A stretch of 64,000 bases of DNA. Origin: Candidatus Multivorans sp. Its GTDB lineage: Bacteria > Acidobacteriota > Thermoanaerobaculia > Multivoradales > Multivoraceae. Every line of letters starts with the position of its first letter. The first letter of the stretch is position 1. Of this stretch, positions 1 through 9,700 are shown one piece after another. The notes below the pieces were generated by a model. The model was not told where the DNA came from. It was given only the letters and a program-made list of their open reading frames with translations, and ran no database searches. The position numbers were made by a program, and so were the translations under genes. The DNA lies in the NCBI GenBank assembly GCA_965224025.1, contig OZ245033.1, positions 4,864,001 to 4,928,000 on the forward strand, written 5' to 3'.

Positions 1-60
1 GTCGGCTCGCTGCCTCCACGCCCATCGATCGGCAAAGCAAACAGGACATCGGAGAGACAG

Positions 61-654
61 GTGAAGTTCAACGGGCCCAAGGTCAAGCTCTCGCGCAAGC
101 TGGGCGTCGCTCTGACGTCCAAGGCGGCGCGGTACATGGAAAAGAAGAGCCACCCGCCAGGCATGCATGGCCTGAAGCGGCGCCGGCGCCAGAGCAACTA
201 CGGAAGGCAGTTGCTCGAGAAGCAGCGGCTGCGCTTCCAGTACAACGTCAGCGAGCGCCAGCTCCGCAACTACTACAAGCGCGCGACCCGCATGAGAGGC
301 GTAACCGGCGACAACCTCGTCGGACTGCTTGAGACCCGGCTCGACGCGGTCGTTCATCGCGCCTTCGCCCCCAGCGTGTTCGCCGCGCGCCAGTTCGTCG
401 GCCACGGTCACATCCTGGTCAACGGACGCCGGGTGGACATCCCGTCCTACCGGGTCAAGGAGGGCGACGTCGTCCAGGTACGCGAGAAGAGCCGCAAGCT
501 GCGCTGCTTCAACGAGCCGCGCGGCGTCACCGTGCCCACCTACGTCGAGACGGACGAAACGGGCTACGAGGCGACGCTGCGCAACACGCCGGTTCGGGAC
601 GAGGTTCCGATCGTGTGCGAAGTGCCTCTCGTCATCGAGTACTACTCCCGTTAG
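61..654 (+). CDS. rpsD: 30S ribosomal protein S4 (no zinc-ribbon cysteines, stand-alone)
   Basis: HPPGMHG, YGRQLLEKQRLRFQY, LLETRLDAVV, ARQFVGHGHILVNGRRVDIPSY and C-terminal VIEYYSR motifs. GTG start after GGAGAG. Confidence 0.96.
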   Translation: MKFNGPKVKLSRKLGVALTSKAARYMEKKSHPPGMHGLKRRRRQSNYGRQLLEKQRLRFQYNVSERQLRNYYKRATRMRGVTGDNLVGLLETRLDAVVHRAFAPSVFAARQFVGHGHILVNGRRVDIPSYRVKEGDVVQVREKSRKLRCFNEPRGVTVPTYVETDETGYEATLRNTPVRDEVPIVCEVPLVIEYYSR

Positions 655-679
655 AGCCGCCAAACCCGTCGAAGACTCC

Positions 680-1411
680 GTGTTCGGCCCCCAACACAAG
701 CGCATCTCCATTCCCGCCGCCGTTCTCGCGGTCGCCGCTCTTCTCGCCGGCGCCGTTCCGGCGGCGGCCGCCGATTTCAGCATCAGCGGCACGGTGATCT
801 ACGAAGGCGAGCCGCTCAAGCGCTATCCGCTGCGCATGGACGCCGACCCGAACTGCGCAGAAATCTACGACGGCAAACGGGTCTTCTCACGCGACAGCCT
901 GATCGGAGAGGGCGGCGCGATCGAGAACGTCTTCGTCTATCTGAAGGAGGCGCCCGAGGGAAGCGCCGGCGAAACACCGGCGGAGGCGGTGCGGCTGGAG
1001 CAGCGAGGCTGCCTCTACACACCGCGGGTCATCGGCGCCCGCGTCAACCAGGACATCGAGATCGTCAACGACGATCCCACGCTTCACAACGTGCGGGCCC
1101 TGGCCAAGGCGAACCGGCCGTTCAACATCGGCCAGCCGGCGCGGGGCGCCAGAACCAAGTCGTTTCGGGCGGCCGAGAAGCCGATCAAGGTCAAGTGCGA
1201 TGTCCACCCCTGGATGGCGGCCTACGTCTTCGTCATGGAGCACTCCTTCCACTCGACCACCGGCCCCGACGGTGCGTACCGGATCGAAGCCTTGCCCGGC
1301 GGTTCCCACGAACTCGTCTTCTGGCACGAGAAACTGGGCGAGCAGGTGGTCGAAGTCGAGGTAAGCGGTGATGTCGAGGGTCTTGACTTGACCTTCGAAG
1401 GCAGCGAGTAG
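680..1411 (+). CDS. Secreted protein with cupredoxin-like and carboxypeptidase-regulatory-like domains
   Basis: Signal peptide (AAVLAVAALLAGAVPAAAA), QRGCLYTPRV, NDDPTLHNV, KCDVHPWM, WHEKLG. Start trimmed to GTG at 680. Confidence 0.75.
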   Translation: MFGPQHKRISIPAAVLAVAALLAGAVPAAAADFSISGTVIYEGEPLKRYPLRMDADPNCAEIYDGKRVFSRDSLIGEGGAIENVFVYLKEAPEGSAGETPAEAVRLEQRGCLYTPRVIGARVNQDIEIVNDDPTLHNVRALAKANRPFNIGQPARGARTKSFRAAEKPIKVKCDVHPWMAAYVFVMEHSFHSTTGPDGAYRIEALPGGSHELVFWHEKLGEQVVEVEVSGDVEGLDLTFEGSE

Positions 1412-1423
1412 GCGCACGCGAGG

Positions 1424-1822
1424 ATGGCCTACGGCGTCCGGAAGATCGCAGGGGTAGGTCCGGTCGTCGCCAAGAAGCTGGCCACCGCCGACATCCGGAC
1501 CACCGCCGCCCTCCTCGCCGCCGGTAGCGGCCGGAGGGAGCGCCGCAAGCTCTCCGAACGAACCAGCCTGCCCGAGCGGCAGCTTCAGAGGTTCGTGAAC
1601 ATGGCCGACCTGATGCGAATCCGCGGCGTCGGCGGAGACTTCGCCGAACTGCTTTGCGCTTCGGGTGTACGCACCGTCCGCGACCTGAGCCGCCGTCGCG
1701 CGTTCAATCTGGCCGCCAAGATGAGCACCGTGAACGCGGTCCGGAAGCTGAGCCGCCGCGCGCCCTCCGCCTCCATGGTCGAACGCTGGATCACACAGGC
1801 CGGGGAACTGAAGGATGAATAG
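1424..1822 (+). CDS. DUF4332 domain (HhH-like) protein
   Basis: IAGVGP, MADLMRIRGVGGDFAELL, PSASMVERWI pattern. Confidence 0.85.
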   Translation: MAYGVRKIAGVGPVVAKKLATADIRTTAALLAAGSGRRERRKLSERTSLPERQLQRFVNMADLMRIRGVGGDFAELLCASGVRTVRDLSRRRAFNLAAKMSTVNAVRKLSRRAPSASMVERWITQAGELKDE

Positions 1823-1823
1823 T

Positions 1824-1880
1824 CCCTCCGCAACGGTGGAACGCTGGATCGCGCAAGCGAATGAGCTCAAGGAGAGCTAA
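1824..1880 (+). pseudogene. Relic duplicate of the DUF4332 gene 3' end
   Basis: Translates as PSATVERWIAQANELKES*, versus PSASMVERWITQAGELKDE* at the end of the preceding gene. Confidence 0.75.
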
Positions 1881-3131
1881 GTGCCAACCCGGCGTCCTCT
1901 CGGCATCGGTTTCGTCGGCAGCGGCTTCATCACCCGCTTCCATATCCGTTCCTGGACCGCGGTCCGGGGGGCCGACATTCGGGGCGTCTGGAGTCCCAAC
2001 CGGACCAGCGCCGACTCCGCGGCGGCCTTGGCGAACGACCTGGACGTCGGCGAGGCCCGGGCCTACGAGTCCATCGCCGCGATGGTCGAGGACGAAGGAA
2101 TCGACGCGATCTGGATCTGCGGCCGCAACGACCACCGCGTCGCGAACATGGAGGAGATCGCCGGCGCGGTGAGCACCGGCCGTGGCCGTCTGGTCGGCGT
2201 CGCCTGCGAGAAGCCGCTCGCGCGCAACGCCGCCGAAGCGCTGCGAATGGTCGAGCTCGCGCGTGACATCGAGGTTCTGGACGGCTACCTCGAGAACCAG
2301 GTCTTCAGCCCCGCCGTGGTGCGCGGCCGCGAACTCGCCTGGGAGCGCGGCGCCCGCGCCGCCGGCCGGCCCTATCTGGCCCGCGCCGCCGAGGAACACT
2401 CCGGCCCGCACAACGCGTGGTTCTGGCGCGGCGACCTGCAGGGCGGTGGAGTGCTGAACGACATGATGTGCCACTCGGTCGAGGCGGCGCGGTTCCTGCT
2501 CACCGACCCGGACAAACCGCGGAGCAGCCTGACGCCGAAGCGGGTCAACGCCCAGATCCACTGCCTGAAGTGGCAGCGCCCCGAGTACGCGGCGCGCTTG
2601 CGCCGACAGTATGGCGACGCGGTCGACTACGCGCGCCGGCCGGCGGAAGACTTCGCGCGCGCCATGGTCGAGTACGAGGACGAGGCCGGCACGCCCCTGG
2701 TGGTCGAGGCAACGACTTCCTGGAGCTACGTGGGCGCCGGTTTGCGACTGTCCATGGAACTGCTGGGCCCCGAGTACTCGATGCGGGCGAACAGCCTCGA
2801 CACGGATCTTGAACTCTTCTTCAGCCGTGACTTGGCGCAGCACAGCGGCGAGGACCTGGTCGAGAAACAGAACGCGGAGATGGGGCTGATGCCGGTGCTC
2901 GCGAACGAGCCCGTGGCCTACGGCTACGACGCCGAGAACAGGCACATGGTGGAGAGTTTCCGCCGCGGCAAGCGACCCAGGGAGACCTTCGAGGACGGTC
3001 TGGAGGTCACCCGCCTGCTGATGGCCGCCTACATGAGCGCCGAGATGGGCCGGGCCGTCGACTACCCGCCCGAAGGCCTCGACGAGTTCGTGCCCGCCGT
3101 CGCGCGCGGCGAATGGAACCCCGCCGGCTGA
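1881..3131 (+). CDS. Gfo/Idh/MocA family oxidoreductase
   Basis: IGFVGSGFI Rossmann motif, ACEKPLARN, GGGVLNDMMCH. Confidence 0.9.
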   Translation: MPTRRPLGIGFVGSGFITRFHIRSWTAVRGADIRGVWSPNRTSADSAAALANDLDVGEARAYESIAAMVEDEGIDAIWICGRNDHRVANMEEIAGAVSTGRGRLVGVACEKPLARNAAEALRMVELARDIEVLDGYLENQVFSPAVVRGRELAWERGARAAGRPYLARAAEEHSGPHNAWFWRGDLQGGGVLNDMMCHSVEAARFLLTDPDKPRSSLTPKRVNAQIHCLKWQRPEYAARLRRQYGDAVDYARRPAEDFARAMVEYEDEAGTPLVVEATTSWSYVGAGLRLSMELLGPEYSMRANSLDTDLELFFSRDLAQHSGEDLVEKQNAEMGLMPVLANEPVAYGYDAENRHMVESFRRGKRPRETFEDGLEVTRLLMAAYMSAEMGRAVDYPPEGLDEFVPAVARGEWNPAG

Positions 3132-3140
3132 AGACCTCCC

Positions 3141-3184
3141 GCTGCGTACGCCGGCCTCCGGCCGGCATCCGCCGTAGGCGGAAT
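3141..3184. repeat. REP-like GC-rich palindrome between convergent genes
   Basis: GCCGGCC-TCC-GGCCGGC followed by ATCCGCCGTAGGCGGA. Resembles the elements at 6096-6137 and 24855-24930. Confidence 0.5.
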
Positions 3185-3200
3185 CCGCCCGCCCGCTCCT

Positions 3201-4478
3201 CTACTCGACCTCGTAGTAGTCCACGAATCCGATCATCATTTCGTCCGTGGTCTCCCGGCCCCAGGAGACGTCGCGGGTCGGATCCGGGTTGTCGGGATTG
3301 CCGCTGCTGTTGTCGTAGGTTGCCACGCAGAGCAGCTTCGTACCCGCGGGCATCGGCTTCGGCTCGGCCAGGCGGTAGGTCGTCTGCCAGTTGAAGTCGT
3401 AGCCGTCGACCCGCAGGAGGACCTCGGACCGGCCGTCCGGGTACTCCGCCCGGAACTCGAACGTCTCGCCGCGCAGATGCATGTGCGGCCGGAGCGACAG
3501 CAGTCGGCTCTGCCGCGGGAACACGAGTTCCGCCTCGAAGCGAACGTCGGGCTCCCCCGCCGGAATCCACAGGAACGGAGTCGAACACAGAGCCGTGCGC
3601 GACTCGTGGCGCGGGGGCTCGGAGGCGAGCACCAGACCGATCCGGCTGCGGTCGGTCTCCACGCGACCGGTCGGCGTGTAGTGCATCTGGAAATCGATCA
3701 CCGCGCCGGCGGGCAGCCGGCGGCCGACGCCCGGCGGCATCACGAGCGGCTCCGTGCCCGGGGCGTAACCGCCCAGGTCGCCCGCGGTTCGCGGATCGCC
3801 ACTGGCCGGCGCCGCCGCCGCAACGGCGCCCGAAAACGCCTGCACGATCACGTGATGAACGACGGCGGCGTTGCCCGGCTGCGTCTCCGCCGCCTGAATC
3901 CACACGTCCTCCGGCAGATCGGTCTCCACTTGGTAGCCGTGGTAGGGGATCTCGCCGGCGGCCGGAATCGTGACCTCCCGCGGCAGCTCGTAGATCAGGT
4001 CGGGGGCGCCGATTCGCCAGCCCGCCGAGCGGTCCGGGGCAGAGGGGGGAGCCACCTGACCGCCTCCGGACCCGGGGCGGCTGCCGCCATCGATCCAGGC
4101 CAGCAGCTTCTCCTTCTCGGCCGCCGGCAGTCGCCGGTCGTTGGCGAACTCACCGTAGCGCGAATCGGCGCGCCACGGCGGCATCGCCCCCGACGCGACA
4201 GCGCGCCGGATCGAGGACGCCCAGGCACGGGCCTGCTCGAAGGTCTCGAGCGCGAAGGGCGCCGGCCCACCTTCGTGGTGGCAGCCGGCGCAGCGGAGCC
4301 GGAACACCCCGGCTACGCGGTCGTAGTCGACCTCTGCAGCGGGCAGCGCCGCCGAAGCGAGGACCGAAGCGGCCAGGACGGTAACGACCGCCGCGCCGGC
4401 CTCAGCGGAGACGGCAGCAGCCCGCGCCGTAGGACTCGTATCACTCCGGGCCTGGGAACGCGGGCGTCTCGCCCGCAT
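3201..4478 (-). CDS. Cytochrome c / copper type II monooxygenase-like fusion protein
   Basis: CAGCH heme-binding motif, MPPW, then VVHHVIV, FQMHY, PHMHLRG and TDEMM (PHM/DBH-like Cu ligands). Start uncertain. Confidence 0.8.
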   Translation of the reverse strand: MRARRPRSQARSDTSPTARAAAVSAEAGAAVVTVLAASVLASAALPAAEVDYDRVAGVFRLRCAGCHHEGGPAPFALETFEQARAWASSIRRAVASGAMPPWRADSRYGEFANDRRLPAAEKEKLLAWIDGGSRPGSGGGQVAPPSAPDRSAGWRIGAPDLIYELPREVTIPAAGEIPYHGYQVETDLPEDVWIQAAETQPGNAAVVHHVIVQAFSGAVAAAAPASGDPRTAGDLGGYAPGTEPLVMPPGVGRRLPAGAVIDFQMHYTPTGRVETDRSRIGLVLASEPPRHESRTALCSTPFLWIPAGEPDVRFEAELVFPRQSRLLSLRPHMHLRGETFEFRAEYPDGRSEVLLRVDGYDFNWQTTYRLAEPKPMPAGTKLLCVATYDNSSGNPDNPDPTRDVSWGRETTDEMMIGFVDYYEVE

Positions 4479-4481
4479 CCG
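4451..4481. repeat. REP-like element, 31 bp identical to 6096-6126
   Basis: cctgggaacgcgggcgtctcgcccgcatccg with internal hairpin GCGGGCG-TCT-CGCCCGC. Confidence 0.8.
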
Positions 4482-4522
4482 GCGCGCAAGCGCCGGTCCG
4501 GCAGCTTCAACAGACGTCCCGA

Positions 4523-5953
4523 TCAGGGGCCGCCCTGGTTCGTCAACCGGTAGAGCTTGCTTCGCGTACGGATGAAGAGGTTGCCGTCGGCGATCGCCGG
4601 CGTCGACATGCACATCTCGTCGAGCGAATTCTTACCCACGACCTTGAACTCGTCGCCGGCTTCGATGACGAACGTGTCACCGTCCTCGCTGAGCACGAAG
4701 ACCTTGCCGTTGTAAGCCCAGGGCGAGGCCGTGAAGGCGCCGGAGCCGCGCTCGATGCGCTGCTTGCCGTAGACCTCGGCGCCGGTCTTCGGATCGTGCG
4801 CGGTGAAGAAGCCGCGGTCGAGCAGGGTGTAGAACCGGTCTCGGTAGATCAAGGGCGTCGGGTTGTAGGCGCCGGCCTGGGGCTGGTACCAGACCACCCA
4901 CCGGTTGCTCTGCTGATCCTCTTCGAGGGTGATGTCCCCTTCGGCACCCGGCCTGATCGCGTAGACGGGGCGAATCTGGTCGCCGATGTATCCCGACGAC
5001 ACGTAGAGCAGGCCGTACTCCGAGAACGGCTGCGGAATCGCGATCGACGACATGCCGCCGAAGTGCCAGAGCAGATTGCCCTCCTTGTCGTAGGAACGCA
5101 CCTGGTCGGTGCCGACCGTGATCACCTCGGTGCGCAGTTCGTTCTCCCACACGAAAGGCGTCGCCCAGTTGCTGCCCTCGTCCCTGGGGTCGCGCCACAA
5201 CTCCTCGCCGGTCGCGGCGTCGAGCGCCACCATGTAGGACTGGTCCTCGTTGTCGTTCACGATGTAGAGCTGCCCGTCGTGGACGATGGGCGACGCCGCC
5301 GTACCCCAGCCGTAGCGGGTCGGTGCGACCTCGAAGAGCGCTTCCGCGGCATCCTCTCCTCCCTCGTCGGCGTCAGCGCCTTCGTCGGCATCGGTTTCAC
5401 GCACGGGACGCTCCCACACCGGTTCGCCGTCCAGCGTGAAGGCGAACACGCCGACGTTGCCGAAGTAGGCGTACACCCGCTCGCCATCCGTGACCGGGGT
5501 CTCCGAGGCGTAGGTGTTCTTGAGATGCCGCGGGAAGTCCGGCGGGGCGACCATCACCTCGCGCTCCCAGCACTTCTCGCCGGTTTCCACCTGGAAGCAG
5601 TAAACCGTCCAGTGGTGGGCGTCCGCCGACGGCTGCATCCGGTTGCCGCCCAGGTAGAGCCCCTTCTTCGGCTCTTCGACCTCCCCCTCGCTCCATACCG
5701 TGGTGACGAAGATGCGGTCGCCCAGGACGATCGGCGAGGACCACCCGAGACCCGGCACGTCCACGGACCAGACCACGTTCTCCTCCGTACTCCAGGAATC
5801 CGGCAGGCGGGGATCGTCATCGGCGACGCTCATCGAGTCCGCGCCGCGGAAGGAGGGCCAGTTGTCTGTGGACGGCGGCGCGGCGAGGGCCGAGCCGGCG
5901 GCCAGCAACACCACGGCGAGGGCGGCGAGCAGAGGGGTGGAACGACGCATCAT
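4523..5953 (-). CDS. PQQ-like beta-propeller repeat protein (BamB-like), secreted
   Basis: Signal peptide, NWPSFRG, GWSSPIV, TPVTDGERVY, ASP, STPAIADG motifs. SD GGAGG upstream. Confidence 0.88.
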   Translation of the reverse strand: MMRRSTPLLAALAVVLLAAGSALAAPPSTDNWPSFRGADSMSVADDDPRLPDSWSTEENVVWSVDVPGLGWSSPIVLGDRIFVTTVWSEGEVEEPKKGLYLGGNRMQPSADAHHWTVYCFQVETGEKCWEREVMVAPPDFPRHLKNTYASETPVTDGERVYAYFGNVGVFAFTLDGEPVWERPVRETDADEGADADEGGEDAAEALFEVAPTRYGWGTAASPIVHDGQLYIVNDNEDQSYMVALDAATGEELWRDPRDEGSNWATPFVWENELRTEVITVGTDQVRSYDKEGNLLWHFGGMSSIAIPQPFSEYGLLYVSSGYIGDQIRPVYAIRPGAEGDITLEEDQQSNRWVVWYQPQAGAYNPTPLIYRDRFYTLLDRGFFTAHDPKTGAEVYGKQRIERGSGAFTASPWAYNGKVFVLSEDGDTFVIEAGDEFKVVGKNSLDEMCMSTPAIADGNLFIRTRSKLYRLTNQGGP

Positions 5954-6095
5954 GAACCTCCAGTGGGGAGATCGGTACGAACAGATCCTGCCTGCGCCTA
6001 CGGGGCAGGCAGTCGGGATCGCGGTTGTAGCGGCGGGGCGCAGCTTAGCACCGGCCCAGGCGCCGCCCTGGGAACCCGGGTGGCGCGATCCGCGC

Positions 6096-6137
6096 CCTGG
6101 GAACGCGGGCGTCTCGCCCGCATCCGCCGCAGGCGGG
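6096..6137. repeat. REP-like element
   Basis: 31 bp identical to 4451-4481, running into a CCGCC-GCA-GGCGG hairpin. Confidence 0.8.
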
Positions 6138-6140
6138 CGC

Positions 6141-6632
6141 CTAGCCCGCTGCCCGCCGCTCCAGGTCGAGCAAAGCCTGCTTCGTCGGCAAACCACCGCC
6201 ATATCCCCCGAGCTTCCCGTCGTGGCTGATAACCCGGTGGCAGGGCACGACGATCGGCAGCCGGTTTCTTCCATTCGCCTGGCCGACCGCGCGCGACGCG
6301 GAGGGCTTGCCGATCCGCTCCGCGAGAGTGCCGTAGGAAATCGTCTGACCGAACGGGATGCGCCTCAGTTCGGCCCAGACCCGCTGCTGAAACTCCGTGC
6401 CGCCGGTGCCAAGCGGCAGGTCGAACTCCAGGCGCTTGCCGTCGAAGTACTCGCCGAGTTGCCGCTTCGCCTCGGCCAGGGCCGCCGGCAGGGCGCCGTT
6501 GGACGGTTCCCAGGACCCGTCCGGGACCTTCGCCGCCTCGTTTGGCAAGTCGATACGGTCGATCGCGTCCTCGTCGCCCACCAGGCGGAGGGTCCCGATC
6601 AAGGTCTGAAAGTCGTGGTACGTGGTGGTCAT
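6141..6632 (-). CDS. ogt: Methylated-DNA--protein-cysteine S-methyltransferase
   Basis: GTEFQQRVW, IPFGQTISY, RAVGQANGRN and active site VPCHRV. Confidence 0.95.
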   Translation of the reverse strand: MTTTYHDFQTLIGTLRLVGDEDAIDRIDLPNEAAKVPDGSWEPSNGALPAALAEAKRQLGEYFDGKRLEFDLPLGTGGTEFQQRVWAELRRIPFGQTISYGTLAERIGKPSASRAVGQANGRNRLPIVVPCHRVISHDGKLGGYGGGLPTKQALLDLERRAAG

Positions 6633-6732
6633 CGGCAAGGTCTCCATTCGGGTTCGGGGGCGATTGGTACCAGCGATGCTACTCCACGGAGCGAAGGCCG
6701 GTGGCTCGGACACTACGCCCAGATTACGGTAT

Positions 6733-6748
6733 TGAATAAATCTATTCA
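6733..6748. promoter_or_regulatory. AT-rich inverted repeat (putative operator) upstream of the ATPase fusion gene
   Basis: TGAATA-AATC-TATTCA, 22 bp before the ATG at 6771, in a locally AT-rich divergent promoter region. Confidence 0.5.
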
Positions 6749-6770
6749 GTATCATAAGATCCTCGTCCTG

Positions 6771-9700
6771 ATGAGCTACGAGCGCGAACACGTGGGCGTC
6801 CTACGAGGACGCCTGGAAGAGCCTCCCCGAACGATCCAGATCGTACTCGGCCCGCGACAAAGCGGAAAGACGACGATCGTCACTCAAGCGCTACGGAGTC
6901 TGACCACGCCGTGGCGCTACTTCGACGTGGACTCGGCCGACAACGACCTCGTGAGCCCCGTTCTTCAGCCAATGACGGGGCCGCGACGGTCGCGCACGGC
7001 TCCCCGGGACAAGGAATGGCTGATCGACGTCTGGGGTCTGGCAAGGGCAGACGCCGCCAGGCACGACGGAAGCGTGCTGGCGCTCGACGAGCTTCAGAGC
7101 ATCCCGGATTGGTCGAGCACCGTGAAGGGTCTTTGGGACGGAGACAGACTGAACGACCGTCCGTTGCACGTCGTGATCCTTGGCTCCGCGCCCATGGCCA
7201 TTCAATCGAGCCTGAAGGAGAGCATGACAGGCCGATTCGAGGTCATCAGCGTCCGGCACTGGTCGTTCAGCGAGATGAAGATGGCCTTCGGGCTTGACCT
7301 TGACCAGTACATCTACTTCGGCGGCTACCCGGGCGTCGTCGGACTAGCGAACCGGTGGCCGCCGGACTGGCAAGACTACGAGCCAAGATGGCGGGAGTAC
7401 GTCAGGACATCCTTCGTCGGCCCAGCTATCGAAAGGGACGTGCTGGCCATGACCAGGGTGGACAAACCCGCCCTGCTCGCACGCCTGTTCGAACTCGGTG
7501 CCGCGTACTCGGGCCAGATCCTGCCGCTCCACAAGATGCTGGGACAGTTGCAGGACGCCGGCAACGCGACCACTCTCGCGCGGTATCTCGACCTTCTCTC
7601 CCAAGTCGGGCTGCTTAACGGCCTGCCGAAGTACACGCCCAGCATGCTTCGGTTGCGCGCTTCGCCGCCCAAGTTCAACGTGCTGAACACAGCGTTGATG
7701 ACGGTGGGGTCGAACCGTTCGTTCGAGGACGCGAGAGCCGACCGGCGTTTCTGGGGCCGCCTGGTTGAAAGCGCTGTCGGTGCGCACCTGCTGAACACGA
7801 GCGGCTCCGGCGCTCGGGTCCACTACTGGCGCGAGGGCGACGACGAGGTCGACTTCGTGATCCAGGCGGGCCTCCGGACAGTGGCGGTGGAAGTCAAGAC
7901 CGGCCCAAGGGCCCGGCCCACCGCCGGTATGAGGCGATTCGCCGAGCGCTACCAGCCCTATCGCTCGCTGCTGGTGACCGAGACTGGCGAACCGCACGGC
8001 AGCGTTCCACTCGAGGTCTTCCTGTCCCGCCCTGCCACCGCCTGGTTCAGGAGCGAGTTCGTCCAGCGCAGATGCACCAAGATCACCGTCGGAACAGAAC
8101 CGGACCAGGAAGGGGCCGCGAAACCCCTGTCCGAGTACGACGAAACGCCCGCCTACGTCCTGCTGGGCGATCCGGGCCTGGGAAAGACGACCTACTTTCG
8201 CGAAGCCTGCCGCAACCTCGGCCGACAGGCACACATGATCTCGGCCCGCGATTTCGTCACACTCGATGTCGCTCAGCACCCGGAGTGGCGGGACAGGACA
8301 CTCTTCATCGATGGCCTCGACGAGATCCGTGCCGGCCGTGACGACGCCCGCACGCCGCTGGACGACGTGAGGAGACAACTGGACCGGCTCGGACCACCTT
8401 CCTTCCGACTCTCGTGCCGGGAAGCCGACTGGCTCGGCAAGAACGACCAGGAGCACCTGAACAAGGTTGCCCCGGGCGGCGAAGTGACCGTCCTCCGGCT
8501 TGATTCCCTGAGCGAGGAGGACGTCGTGGAAGTCGCGGAGTCGCGTCTGTACCTGCAAGACGGGGAGCAGTTCCTCAAGACGGCCGAGGACAAGGGGTTG
8601 GGAGAGCTGGTCCGGAATCCCCAGAACCTGGAACTCCTGGCCGCCGCCACACGCACGGGCAAATGGCCTGAGAGCAGGACCGAACTGTTCGAGTTCGCGT
8701 GCCGCCACTTGGTGTCCGAGCCCAACGACGAACATCTGAGTGCCCGTCTTGGGCGGTCCGACGACCTTCTCCTGAAGACGGCAGGCCGTCTCTGCTCGCT
8801 GCTGTTGCTCTCGGGGACGGCCGGCATCCGGCTTTCGCCCGCCGCTACCAGCAGCCCGGAGTACCGACCGGTCGATCTGGTTGACCCGGTACCCTCCGGC
8901 GCGTCTCCTGGCGATGCCGACGCCTGGAACCGCCAGCAGCGAGCCGCGATCTCAAGCAGGCTGTTCCGAGCGGCCGCCGAACTTACGCCCGCAGAGCGTT
9001 GTTTCGTGCCTGTGCACCGGCACATTGCCGAGTTCCTGGCTGGGCGCTTTCTGGCTCAGCAGATCGAAGACGGTCTCCCGGTAGCATGGGTTGTCGCTCT
9101 GGTTACTGTCGGCGACGGCGGCGTGGTCACGGCCCACCGCGGCCTGTCCGCGTGGCTGGCCGCGCACTCTAGACAGGCTCGCCGGGAGTTGATCCAACGC
9201 GATCCCATCGGTGTCGGTCTCTATGGCGACATCGGCGCCTTCTCCAACGAAGAGAAACAGCCGCTGCTCGACGCGCTGGTCGACGAAGGCCGGCAATTGG
9301 ACGACATCGGCTATCGCGGCGCCGACGTGTTCGCGCCTCTTGCCTCCCAGGGACTCGAAACCGACTTCCGTGCTCTGCTGACCGTGCCGGCGCCGAGCGA
9401 GGACGACCAGTTCTCGGTCAAGTTCGTGCTCAGGGTCCTGAGCCGCGGCACGCCAATGGCCGCTCTAGTGCCACCCATCCGGGAGATCCTCTACGGCGCG
9501 GGATGGCGGCAGGACGTCACTTGGGCCGCACTCGATGCCCTTGTCCGCCAGTGCGCGGACCCCCACGCCCGAATCGACGAGTTGAAGCAGATTCTCACCG
9601 ACGCGCAGGACGGCAGCCTGTCCGATGAGCACAACGAACTGGCCGCCACGGTGCTTGAGGAGCTCTATCCAGATGCGATCGGACCTTCGGAGATCTGGCG

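Noticed and set aside
5700-6770. N-terminal 357 aa of the 2191-aa ORF
   Set aside because: It is antisense to ogt and the propeller gene. Recognisable AAA_14 sequence starts at the ATG at 6771.
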